From Candidatus Spongiisociaceae bacterium (lineage in GTDB: Bacteria; Actinomycetota; Acidimicrobiia; Spongiisociales; Spongiisociaceae), in NCBI GenBank assembly GCA_965219685.1, contig CBDCOH010000002.1, forward strand, positions 992,001-1,056,000: a stretch of DNA of 64,000 nt, read 5' to 3'. The position numbers and the translations under genes are program-made. Position 1 is the first letter of the stretch. The number at the start of each line of letters is the position of its first letter. Positions 49,564 through 57,816 of this stretch are shown piece by piece. The notes beneath the pieces were generated by a model that saw only the letters and a list, made by a program, of their open reading frames with translations, ran no database searches and was not told the origin of the DNA.

Positions 49564-49598
49564 CAGCTAGCAACCACCAACTAGCAACTACCAACTAT
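49564..49598. repeat. Heptamer array (CAACTAC-like)5, other arm, inverted relative to 49143-49177
   Basis: CAGCTAG CAACCAC CAACTAG CAACTAC CAACTAT; includes the gpmA stop. Confidence 0.9.
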
Positions 49599-50335
49599 CC
49601 CGCTTGGGCGGCTACGGCTGCGGCCGCGGCTTCGGCAGCCGCTTGGTCGCCCAGGTATCGATCGGAGCGGTGGTTCCAGTCTTCGTCGAGTTCTACGACC
49701 AGGGGGATACCGGTCGGGATGTTCAGTCGGGTTATGTCCTCGTCGCTTATCCCCTTCAGGTACTTGAGAAGGGCCCGGATGCTGTTGCCGTGGGCGACCA
49801 CCACGACCCGCAGCCCTGCGCGGAGATCGGGAACGATTCCCTGTGTCCAGTAGGGCACCGCTCTTGCTACGACATCAGCCAGGCACTCGCTTGCCGGCAA
49901 CTCGTCCGTGGGCACGGATGCGTACCGGGCGTCGAACCGGGGATGCCGCGGATCGTCCGAGTCGAGTGGCGGTGGCGGGATCGAGTAGCTCCTTCGCCAC
50001 TGGAAGACCTGCTCCGCCCCGTGGATGGCTGCGGTCTCCTTCTTCTCCAAGCCTTGCAGAGCGCCGTAATGACGCTCGTTGATCCGCCAACTGCGCTTCA
50101 CCGGGATCCAGTGGAGGTCCATGCGGTCGAGGGCGATGTCGGCAGTACGGATAGCTCGCCTCAGCACCGAGGTGTGAACGACATCGAAGGACAGGCCTTC
50201 GGACGCCATCAGTTCGCCGGCCGATGTCGCCTCATCGATGCCCGCCTCGGTCAGCGGCACGTCGGTCCATCCGGTGAAGCGGTTCTCGAGGTTCCACACA
50301 CTCTGGCCGTGCCTTACGAGTACTACCCTGCTCAC
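49595..50335 (-). CDS. gpmA: 2,3-bisphosphoglycerate-dependent phosphoglycerate mutase
   Basis: [33 protein letters not shown]. Confidence 0.96.
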   Translation of the reverse strand: MSRVVLVRHGQSVWNLENRFTGWTDVPLTEAGIDEATSAGELMASEGLSFDVVHTSVLRRAIRTADIALDRMDLHWIPVKRSWRINERHYGALQGLEKKETAAIHGAEQVFQWRRSYSIPPPPLDSDDPRHPRFDARYASVPTDELPASECLADVVARAVPYWTQGIVPDLRAGLRVVVVAHGNSIRALLKYLKGISDEDITRLNIPTGIPLVVELDEDWNHRSDRYLGDQAAAEAAAAAVAAQAG

Positions 50336-50375
50336 TCGGTCACTCCTTTGTAGAGGGGCTGCACAGAACTACCAC

Positions 50376-50635
50376 CGCTAGCTGATTAGTTCCTAGTCGG
50401 TAGTCTATCGTTGATAGTTGGGGCTTGGTGGTTAACGTTAGAGCGGGTCATTTTCCATCCCTATTGTACTGTTTGGGTCTCGCGTTTACGCCGCAGGCGG
50501 CTCTTCGCAAAATGGCAGCTCCAGGGTTCCAAGTCCAGGAACAGACACGCGCGAGTTACAGATGTGTTGTTCAGCGATGTGTAGCGATCGTAGCGTACGG
50601 TCGCTTCCGGTCAGATCCTTGGAACTACTCGTCTA
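50376..50635 (-). repeat. Dispersed ~255-bp non-coding element, copy B
   Basis: Reverse complement aligns end to end with 1420-1674; identical 24-mer at 50595-50618. Confidence 0.85.
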
Positions 50636-50642
50636 CCTGCCA

Positions 50643-51419
50643 TTACCTCCAGTAGCGGACGCATGCGGCGAACGTCTCCGGGTCGAGCGAGGCGCCTCCG
50701 ATCAGGCCCCCGTCGATGTCGGACTTCGCCATCAGGGCCGCCACGTTACCGGGGTTCATCGATCCGCCGTAGAGGATACGGACCTGATCGGCGGCTGACC
50801 CGTGCCGCCCTCGGATCTGCTCACGGATCCCGGCGATGGCCTCCTGTGCATCGGCCGGAGCCGCGTGGCGGCCGGTTCCGATGGCCCACACCGGTTCGTA
50901 AGCGATGACCAGCCTTCCAATGGCCTCGGTCGGGATCCTGGCCAGAGAACCGGAGACTTGCCGGCGGACCACTTGGGTGGTCTTACCCCCTTCGCGTTGT
51001 TCGAGGGTCTCGCCCACGGCCACTACGGGCGTGACCCCGGCCCGCATCGCCGCCTTGGCCTTGCGGTTGACGGAGCGGTCGTCCTCGCCGAAGCACTGGC
51101 GGCGTTCCGAGTGGCCGACGATCGCGTACGACACCGACAGCTTGGCGAGCATCGATGCCGATATCTCGCCCGTGTAGGCGCCCCGGTCCTCCCAGTGCAG
51201 GTTCTGTGCCACGATCCTGATCCGCAGATCGTCCATCTGCACGACCGTCTGAACCGACCGGAGGGAGGTGAAAGGAGGCGCCACGCCCACCTCCACCCGG
51301 TCGTAGTCGGCCGGGTCGAGCAGGTAGCTCAGTTTCTGCACCCGCTGGATGGCTTCGAGGTGGGAGCCGTGCATCTTCCAGTTGCCGACCATGAGCGGTT
51401 TCCGTGTCACCGCGACCAC
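50643..51419 (-). CDS. tpiA: Triosephosphate isomerase
   Basis: GNWKM, GHSERR, AYEPVWAIGTG, YGGS, GGASL. Confidence 0.97.
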   Translation of the reverse strand: MVAVTRKPLMVGNWKMHGSHLEAIQRVQKLSYLLDPADYDRVEVGVAPPFTSLRSVQTVVQMDDLRIRIVAQNLHWEDRGAYTGEISASMLAKLSVSYAIVGHSERRQCFGEDDRSVNRKAKAAMRAGVTPVVAVGETLEQREGGKTTQVVRRQVSGSLARIPTEAIGRLVIAYEPVWAIGTGRHAAPADAQEAIAGIREQIRGRHGSAADQVRILYGGSMNPGNVAALMAKSDIDGGLIGGASLDPETFAACVRYWR

Positions 51420-52591
51420 CGTTCCAGCGCCTTCACACCAGGAAGGACCCGGCCTTGCAACAACTCGAGGCCCGCGCCTCCTCCCGTGGACAGATGGTCG
51501 AGGTCGCTCTCCCGCCCGACCATGCGCAGCGCGGCGACGGAGTCACCCCCTCCTGCCACGGTGAAGGCGTTGGAGTCCGCGACAGCCTCGGCCAGAGCGG
51601 CGGTTCCCAACCGGAAGGACTCCCACTCGAAGACCCCCATCGGGCCGTTCCAGAACACGGCCGCGGACCCAGCGATCACCTCGGCGAACCGCTCGGCTGT
51701 TCGGGGGCCGATGTCGAGGCCCATCGAGTCCTCATCCAACGACGACGCGTCGAGCGTGGTGGAACTGGCGTCAGGGGCGAATCGATCTGCCGCCACGATG
51801 TCGACCGGGAGCACCAACCGGTCACCCAACTCTCCTCGGAGTATCTCGGCCAGGGAGTCGAAGTAGTCGGGTTCGACCAGTGAGTCCCCCACCTCGTAGC
51901 CATCGGCGGCCAGGAGGCTGAAACACATACCTCCGCCGACCAGCATGGTGTCCACGGCGGGAAGCAGGGCCTGGATGAGGGGGAGCTTGTCGGATACCTT
52001 GGCTCCTCCCAAGAGGACCGTGAACGGTCGCGGAGGGTGGTCCGTCAGGGTACGGAAAGCCTCGAGTTCGCGGACGAGCAGGGGTCCCGCCGCCGATCTC
52101 AGGTGATCGGTCACTCCCGCGGTGGATGCATGGGCACGGTGGGCCGATCCGAAGGCATCGAGGACGAAGAGGTCCGCCAGTTCGGCCAGTGCGGCAGCGA
52201 GACCGGCCTCGTTGGTCGTTTCACCGGGGTGGAAGCGGGTGTTCTCGAGGAGAACCACGTCCCCGGGCCCGGCCCGCGCGACGAGGTCCCTGGCGTCCGG
52301 CCCGACCGTGTCGCGGGCCGAGGCCACCGCGAACCCGCCGATACCGGACAGGGCGGCTGCCACAGGCGCCATTCGCAGTTGCTCGTCGACCCGCCCTCCT
52401 GGACGTCCCAGGTGACTGCACACGACCACCGCGGCGCCCGCGTCCCTCAGCCGGGCGATGGTCGGCGAGGTTGCCCGCAGGCGGAAGTCGTCGTCGACCC
52501 TGCCGTTCTCGATCGGTACGTTCAGATCCGATCTGAGAAGCACCGTGCGATCCTCGACCTCGAGGTCGGCGAGGGTCAGGAACGACCGCAT
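51407..52591 (-). CDS. pgk: Phosphoglycerate kinase
   Basis: DLNVP, SHLGRP, LENTRF, GGAKVSDK, WNGPMGVFE, STGGGA. Confidence 0.97.
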   Translation of the reverse strand: MRSFLTLADLEVEDRTVLLRSDLNVPIENGRVDDDFRLRATSPTIARLRDAGAAVVVCSHLGRPGGRVDEQLRMAPVAAALSGIGGFAVASARDTVGPDARDLVARAGPGDVVLLENTRFHPGETTNEAGLAAALAELADLFVLDAFGSAHRAHASTAGVTDHLRSAAGPLLVRELEAFRTLTDHPPRPFTVLLGGAKVSDKLPLIQALLPAVDTMLVGGGMCFSLLAADGYEVGDSLVEPDYFDSLAEILRGELGDRLVLPVDIVAADRFAPDASSTTLDASSLDEDSMGLDIGPRTAERFAEVIAGSAAVFWNGPMGVFEWESFRLGTAALAEAVADSNAFTVAGGGDSVAALRMVGRESDLDHLSTGGGAGLELLQGRVLPGVKALERWSR

Positions 52592-52628
52592 AGCTCCTCT
52601 CCTTCTTCCATGGGCTTCCCGGCGGGCG

Positions 52629-53522
52629 TTACTCGTCGATGTCGCGGTGGCGGACGGTTGCGTGGTACCCGCGTCCCACCAGCCAACTGGCCAGTTCTTC
52701 GGCCATGGCGACTGAGCGATGGCGCCCCCCCGTGCAGCCTATCCCGATGCTCACGTACGACTTCCCCTCCTCCCTGTAACGGGGAACCAGGAATGAGAGA
52801 AGGTCGCGGAGCCTGTCGAGGAATCCGGCGGCATCGCCGTTGGACAGCACGTGTCGCAGAACCTCGGGGTCTCTTCCGGTGAGAGGCCGCAGTTCGGTCT
52901 TCCAATGCGGGTTGGGCAGGAACCGCACGTCGAACATCAGGTCGACATCCCGTGGCGTGCCGTTCTTGAACCCGAACGAGGTGACAACCAGACGCATCGG
53001 GTGGTTGTCCACCAAGGCGGACAAGTGATGGGCGAACCAACTCCGGAGCTGGTGGACGTTGGTCTCGCTGGTGTTGACGTACATGTCGGCCCGCAGCCGC
53101 AGGTCGGCCATCATCGCCCGCTCCGCGGCGATCGAATCGGCGAGGGTCTCCAGGCCGAGGGGGTGGGGGCGACGGTGCTCCTCGTAGCGGCGGATCAGGA
53201 TGTCGTCGTCGGCGTCGAGGAATACCAGGGTCACCTGGATGCCGGCCTGCTCCAGTTCGCGGAAGTGGTCCTCGAGTTCGTTGAGGGGGAAGCCACCCCG
53301 GCTGTCCACCACTACGGCAAGGTGCCGGCTGCCGTCCCGCAGGTTGTTGAGTTCCACCGCCTGGCGGAGCAGATCCGGTGGGAGGTTGTCGATGACGTAG
53401 AAGCCGAGATCCTCGAGGACCTTGGCGCCGCTCGAACGCCCGGCGCCCGAGAGGCCGGTGAGCACCAGGAGTCGGGGGCTCGCACCCTCTGACCCACTCC
53501 GATCGTTCTCAACTGTTGCCAT
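52629..53522 (-). CDS. rapZ: RNase adapter RapZ (YvcJ) P-loop protein
   Basis: TGLSGAGRS, LEDLGFYVIDNLP, SFGFK, DVRFLPNP, GCTGGRHRSV. Confidence 0.95.
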   Translation of the reverse strand: MATVENDRSGSEGASPRLLVLTGLSGAGRSSGAKVLEDLGFYVIDNLPPDLLRQAVELNNLRDGSRHLAVVVDSRGGFPLNELEDHFRELEQAGIQVTLVFLDADDDILIRRYEEHRRPHPLGLETLADSIAAERAMMADLRLRADMYVNTSETNVHQLRSWFAHHLSALVDNHPMRLVVTSFGFKNGTPRDVDLMFDVRFLPNPHWKTELRPLTGRDPEVLRHVLSNGDAAGFLDRLRDLLSFLVPRYREEGKSYVSIGIGCTGGRHRSVAMAEELASWLVGRGYHATVRHRDIDE

Positions 53523-55341
53523 GCAGCGTAGCGTAGAGGTTCTCGGCGACATTCAGCGGTACCACCCGGGCCAGGCGCTCCAGATCGGCGTTCCTCATCT
53601 GCTTCACTGATCCGAACTCGCGGATCAGGGCCTTCTTGCGAGCCGGGCCGATCCCGTAGACGTCATCGAGGATGGAGTCGATCATGCGCTTGCCCCGGAG
53701 TTGGCGGTGGTACATGAGCGCGAAGCGGTGGGCTTCGTCCCTTACCCGCTGCAGGAGGTGAAGCGCCGACTGGTCCCTAGGGATGATGATGGGTTCGGGC
53801 TGTCCCGGTACGTAGACCTCCTCCATCCGCTTGGCCAGGCCTGCCACCGGTATCTGGAGGTCGAAACGGTCGATGACCTCGACGGCGCGCCCGATCTGTC
53901 CGGGCCCGCCGTCGATCAGCACCAGGGAGGGGGGGTAGGCGAACTTCCCCCGTTCGGAGACGGGCTTTTCCAGATCCTGCATGTACGCCGCGAATCGACG
54001 ACGGATCACCTCCTCCATCGAGGAGAAGTCATCCTGGCCCTGGACCGTGCGGATGCGGAATCGCCGGTAGTGGCCCCGGCGCGGGAGCCCGTCCTCGAGA
54101 ACCACCATGGATCCGACCGTGTGGCGCCCTTGGATGGTGGATATGTCGTAGGCCTCTATCCGCAGCGGGGGCTCGGGGAGGGTAAGCACCGTCTGGAGAC
54201 TTCTCAGGTCCTTGGCTCGGGCGTTGTGGTCGGATTGGCGCCGGAGCCGGTGTCGCAGGAACGCATCGGAGGCATTGGTCTTGGCAGTCTGCATGAGCCG
54301 GCGTTTGGCCCCCCGCTGGGGAACCCTGAGCGTCACCCGGGATCCCCGCCGCCTGGACAGCAGATCCGACCAGGGCTCGTCTGCGGGAGGGAGAGCCTCC
54401 ATCAGGATCAGGCGGGGCGGCGGAGAGGATTCGTCGTAAAGATCACGGAGCACCGTTGCCATGATCTGCGCCGGCGTGACGTCCTCGACCTTGTCGATGA
54501 TGGAACCCAGCCGGCCTACGATCCGCCCGCTCCGTATCTTCAGCACCTGCACCGATACTTCGAGGTCGTCTCCTTCAGTGGCGATCAGGTCGAACTCCTC
54601 GGGACGATCGGTCACCACCTCCTGGCGGGCCACCGCCCGGCGGACATCGCGGACCTGGTCCCTGATGCGGGCGGCCCGTTCGTACTCGAGCCGGTCAGAG
54701 GCGGCGAGCATGCGGCGTTCTAGGCGCACCAACAACTCCTCGGCGCTTCCGGTCAGTACCTGGGTGAGGCCGTCCACGTACTCGGCGTAGGTATCCGGAT
54801 CGACGAAACCGACGCACGGCGCCGAGCAGCGTTCGATCTCGTACTCGATGCACGGTCGGTCCTTCAGCTGGTGGCGGCGGAACACGGTGTCCGAGCAGGT
54901 GCGTATTGGTAGGGACTTGAGAAGCAGGTCGAGCGTGTTGCGGATGGCGTAGGCGTGAGCGAAGGGTCCGAAGTACTGAGTGCCCTTCTTCTTGGAGCCG
55001 CGCATGACCCTGGCGCGGGGCCACCGGTCGGAGCGGGTGATGGCCAGGTAGGGGTAGCTCTTGTCGTCCCTAAGCCGGATGTTGAACCGGGGAAGGTGCT
55101 CCTTGATCAGGGAGTACTCGAGAAATAGCGCCGCCACTTCGCTATCCACCACTATCCACTCGACGCGGCTGGAGGATTCGATCATCGCCCGGGTACGCGG
55201 CGCGAGGTCTCTCGAGAAGTAGGACGCCACGCGCTTGCGGAGCGACTTGGCCTTGCCGACGTAGGTCACCTGCCCATAGGTGTCCCGGAACAGGTAGGCG
55301 CCTGGTGCGTCGGGAATCTCGGCTGATGAAGGTCGCTTCAC
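53509..55341 (-). CDS. uvrC: Excinuclease ABC subunit C
   Basis: YVGKAKSLRKRV, RDDKSYP, RIEAYDIS, IDGG.GQ, RDEAHRFA, HhH. Confidence 0.97.
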   Translation of the reverse strand: MKRPSSAEIPDAPGAYLFRDTYGQVTYVGKAKSLRKRVASYFSRDLAPRTRAMIESSSRVEWIVVDSEVAALFLEYSLIKEHLPRFNIRLRDDKSYPYLAITRSDRWPRARVMRGSKKKGTQYFGPFAHAYAIRNTLDLLLKSLPIRTCSDTVFRRHQLKDRPCIEYEIERCSAPCVGFVDPDTYAEYVDGLTQVLTGSAEELLVRLERRMLAASDRLEYERAARIRDQVRDVRRAVARQEVVTDRPEEFDLIATEGDDLEVSVQVLKIRSGRIVGRLGSIIDKVEDVTPAQIMATVLRDLYDESSPPPRLILMEALPPADEPWSDLLSRRRGSRVTLRVPQRGAKRRLMQTAKTNASDAFLRHRLRRQSDHNARAKDLRSLQTVLTLPEPPLRIEAYDISTIQGRHTVGSMVVLEDGLPRRGHYRRFRIRTVQGQDDFSSMEEVIRRRFAAYMQDLEKPVSERGKFAYPPSLVLIDGGPGQIGRAVEVIDRFDLQIPVAGLAKRMEEVYVPGQPEPIIIPRDQSALHLLQRVRDEAHRFALMYHRQLRGKRMIDSILDDVYGIGPARKKALIREFGSVKQMRNADLERLARVVPLNVAENLYATLHGNS

Positions 55342-55514
55342 GGGGTGGCTCCTGTCACCTGCAAGGCTAGTGCCCGTTGTCGGTGGCCCGTTGTGGGTTG
55401 CCGGCTGTCGGAGTGACTCCGGCGACGAGGGGGACTACCTGAAGTGCCGAACCATGCTCGTGGACCCTGCGGAGCGTCTTGAGGGTGTCCTATTCGGGTC
55501 GGGCGCCGGGCCGG

Positions 55515-57599
55515 TCAGCCGAAGGCGCCGAACCATCGCTCGTGGACTTGGCGGTAGAGGCCGCTCTCGATCAGCTCGAGCAAGGCCAGGTTGACTCGCT
55601 CGCGTAGTTCGGGATCCGCCTCGCTGAGCATGAGGGCGTACTGGACCCTCTCGAAGAGCGGTCCCACCGTGGTGATCGCGCCGGCTCCTTCGTGGGCGGT
55701 GTGGAATTGCAGGACCGGGGCGTCGAACACGATGGCTTCGACGTCCCCTTCCTCCAGGAGCCGGTACGCCTCGTCGATGTCGTCGACCAGGACCGGGCCG
55801 ACGCCGACCGCCACCAGATAGGCGTCGCCAGCTGACCCGGAGACTGTGGCCACCCGGTGCCCCGGAAGATCCCCAGGTCCTGATATGTCACCGCGCAGTT
55901 CGTTCACGGCCAGCGACGACGCGATAGAGGCCGTGAAGCTGGCGAAGACCAGGGTGCCCAGCGCGATCCAGACAAGCGCGAAACCCCGACCCAGCCCGCC
56001 TCGCGCAACCTTGTCACCGTACCCGACCGTGCTCATGGTGACCACCGACCAGTAGAAGGAGTCCCATATGCCGCGTCGGTAAGGGACGGCGAAGTCGGGG
56101 TTGTGATGGCGTTCCAGCCACCAGATCAGGTGGGCGGAAACCAGTACGACTATCGCGAACACCACCATCAACCACGGCAGGTCCGACGAGGCGATAGCAC
56201 GGAAGAAGGTCACGATCCGCTGTCCCAGTCCCGGTGAGGCGTGGGTGGGAGCCATCACCGTGAGACCGGTGTCGAGGACCGGCAGCGAGAAGTCCACCCT
56301 CTCCTCCCGGGATCCGGTCACGGCTACGCCTCCCAGTCCCACCTGGGCGATGCCCCGAGTTATGTCGTCCATCTGCTTGGCGACGGTGTCGACCGCGTAG
56401 ATCTCGACCTGCATGCCCAGGTGAGCTGCGATAAGGCGGATGAGCGCCACCTCGAACCCGCTGTAGGCACGGTTCTCGTAGATGACGAAGGGCGGAAGGG
56501 CGCGCGCCGCCACCCGGAGTACGCCTCCCGTAACCGGGGTGGCCTGTTGCTGAGCGGCGAGCACCAGGGCATCGGGGTCGGCCCGGTGTATCCACTCTGA
56601 GACCAGGGCCTCGTTGGCGAGAGCCCAGTCCTCCGCATGGCGACGGAAGTCCTCCGGATCTCCCTCGTCAGCGACCATCAGGGCGTTCTGCGCCGAGATG
56701 TCCTCCATGGGGATCACCACCTGTTCCAGGAGCTTCCGTACGGCGGGGTTGTGCTTCAGGAAGCCGGAGTTCGCCACCGCCCTGATGTCGTTGGGAGGCC
56801 AACCGACCTGGCACGGATCGTTCGCGCATCCGGGAATCCCGGGGATGGAGGTCCGGTCGACGAAGGCTTCCTGGTCAGGTGGGAGGGAGGGGAACGGGGT
56901 TTCCAGCCACACCACATCCCGGCCGGGAACTAGTTCTCCTACCGTCCAGTTGGGGGTCCATGTGTAGTAGAGCACGGGCTCTCCGGCCCGGTGGCGAGCG
57001 ATGGTCTCGGAGATGAGCGGCGAATAGTCCCCCTGGATCTGCTCGATGGTGCCGGATAATCGATAAGTGCTCAGGTGGTGGTCGATGACGTCGGCGCAAG
57101 CCCAGCCGGCGTCGCAGCCGATGAGGTCCGCCTTCCCATTGCCGTCGAGGTCGAACAGGGCTGCCAGTGACGGGTCGGCCAGATCGCCGAGGTTCGTAAT
57201 TCCGTGCTCCGAGGCAGTGGCCGAATCGACGAAGTAACCCTGCAAAGCCCCCGCGTCGACCTGAGTACCCACCGTCTCGACGACTTCCTGCTCGAGTTGA
57301 CGATCGTGGCTCGGGAACCACCCGTTGACCCAGAGGTCGACGTTGCCCGCTGCCACCGAATGGTAGAACTCGTCGTTCTCCATCGTTACCGGACCATCGA
57401 CACGGTACCCGAGGCGTTCGAGAAGAAGCTTGTACACCTCCGCCTGGAACCATCCGGTGTCCCAAGTCGCCCGGGCCATCCGGACCCGCGGATCGTCCGG
57501 CGTCTCGTGATCCGGTTGTCCGGCCCCAGGCCCGGTCCCAACCCACAGGAGCAGAACTGTCACCAGGACTCCCAGAACAGCTAGCGGTGTTCGGCGCAT
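55515..57599 (-). CDS. GluR0-like ligand-gated K+ channel with N-terminal ProX (glycine betaine-binding) domain
   Basis: Signal peptide; ProX motifs; S1 (PPF..TGSREERVDFS); M1; pore WSVVTMSTVGYGD; SFTASIASSL; S2 (FDAP...RWFG). Confidence 0.9.
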   Translation of the reverse strand: MRRTPLAVLGVLVTVLLLWVGTGPGAGQPDHETPDDPRVRMARATWDTGWFQAEVYKLLLERLGYRVDGPVTMENDEFYHSVAAGNVDLWVNGWFPSHDRQLEQEVVETVGTQVDAGALQGYFVDSATASEHGITNLGDLADPSLAALFDLDGNGKADLIGCDAGWACADVIDHHLSTYRLSGTIEQIQGDYSPLISETIARHRAGEPVLYYTWTPNWTVGELVPGRDVVWLETPFPSLPPDQEAFVDRTSIPGIPGCANDPCQVGWPPNDIRAVANSGFLKHNPAVRKLLEQVVIPMEDISAQNALMVADEGDPEDFRRHAEDWALANEALVSEWIHRADPDALVLAAQQQATPVTGGVLRVAARALPPFVIYENRAYSGFEVALIRLIAAHLGMQVEIYAVDTVAKQMDDITRGIAQVGLGGVAVTGSREERVDFSLPVLDTGLTVMAPTHASPGLGQRIVTFFRAIASSDLPWLMVVFAIVVLVSAHLIWWLERHHNPDFAVPYRRGIWDSFYWSVVTMSTVGYGDKVARGGLGRGFALVWIALGTLVFASFTASIASSLAVNELRGDISGPGDLPGHRVATVSGSAGDAYLVAVGVGPVLVDDIDEAYRLLEEGDVEAIVFDAPVLQFHTAHEGAGAITTVGPLFERVQYALMLSEADPELRERVNLALLELIESGLYRQVHERWFGAFG

Positions 57600-57656
57600 C
57601 GATTCATCCGGTTAGGGGAGCCGAAGCGTAGCGAGACGGCAGCACATCTGTACGAG

Positions 57657-57690
57657 AGATAAAGAAAACTGCTCTAAAGATGAAGAAAAC
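57657..57690. promoter_or_regulatory. Direct repeat AGAT(A/G)AAGAAAAC x2 in divergent promoter
   Basis: Copies start at 57657 and 57678 (21-bp period) in an AT-rich spacer. Confidence 0.45.
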
Positions 57691-57816
57691 GAATAGTTTC
57701 CCGACACCCAAAGCACACTGATATGTAGGGTCACATAACCGGGAGAGGACTGGGTCCGCCCGGTGGCGTCTAGAGAGAGGAGCGATAGATGGTTTGGTAC
57801 GACGTGGGACAACGCC

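Noticed and set aside
50425-50655. Small protein encoded antisense in the ~255-bp element (YRCVVQRCVA shared by both copies with synonymous changes)
   Set aside because: Copy A has an in-frame stop upstream and a frameshift right after this stretch; at most a decayed gene, not a supportable CDS.
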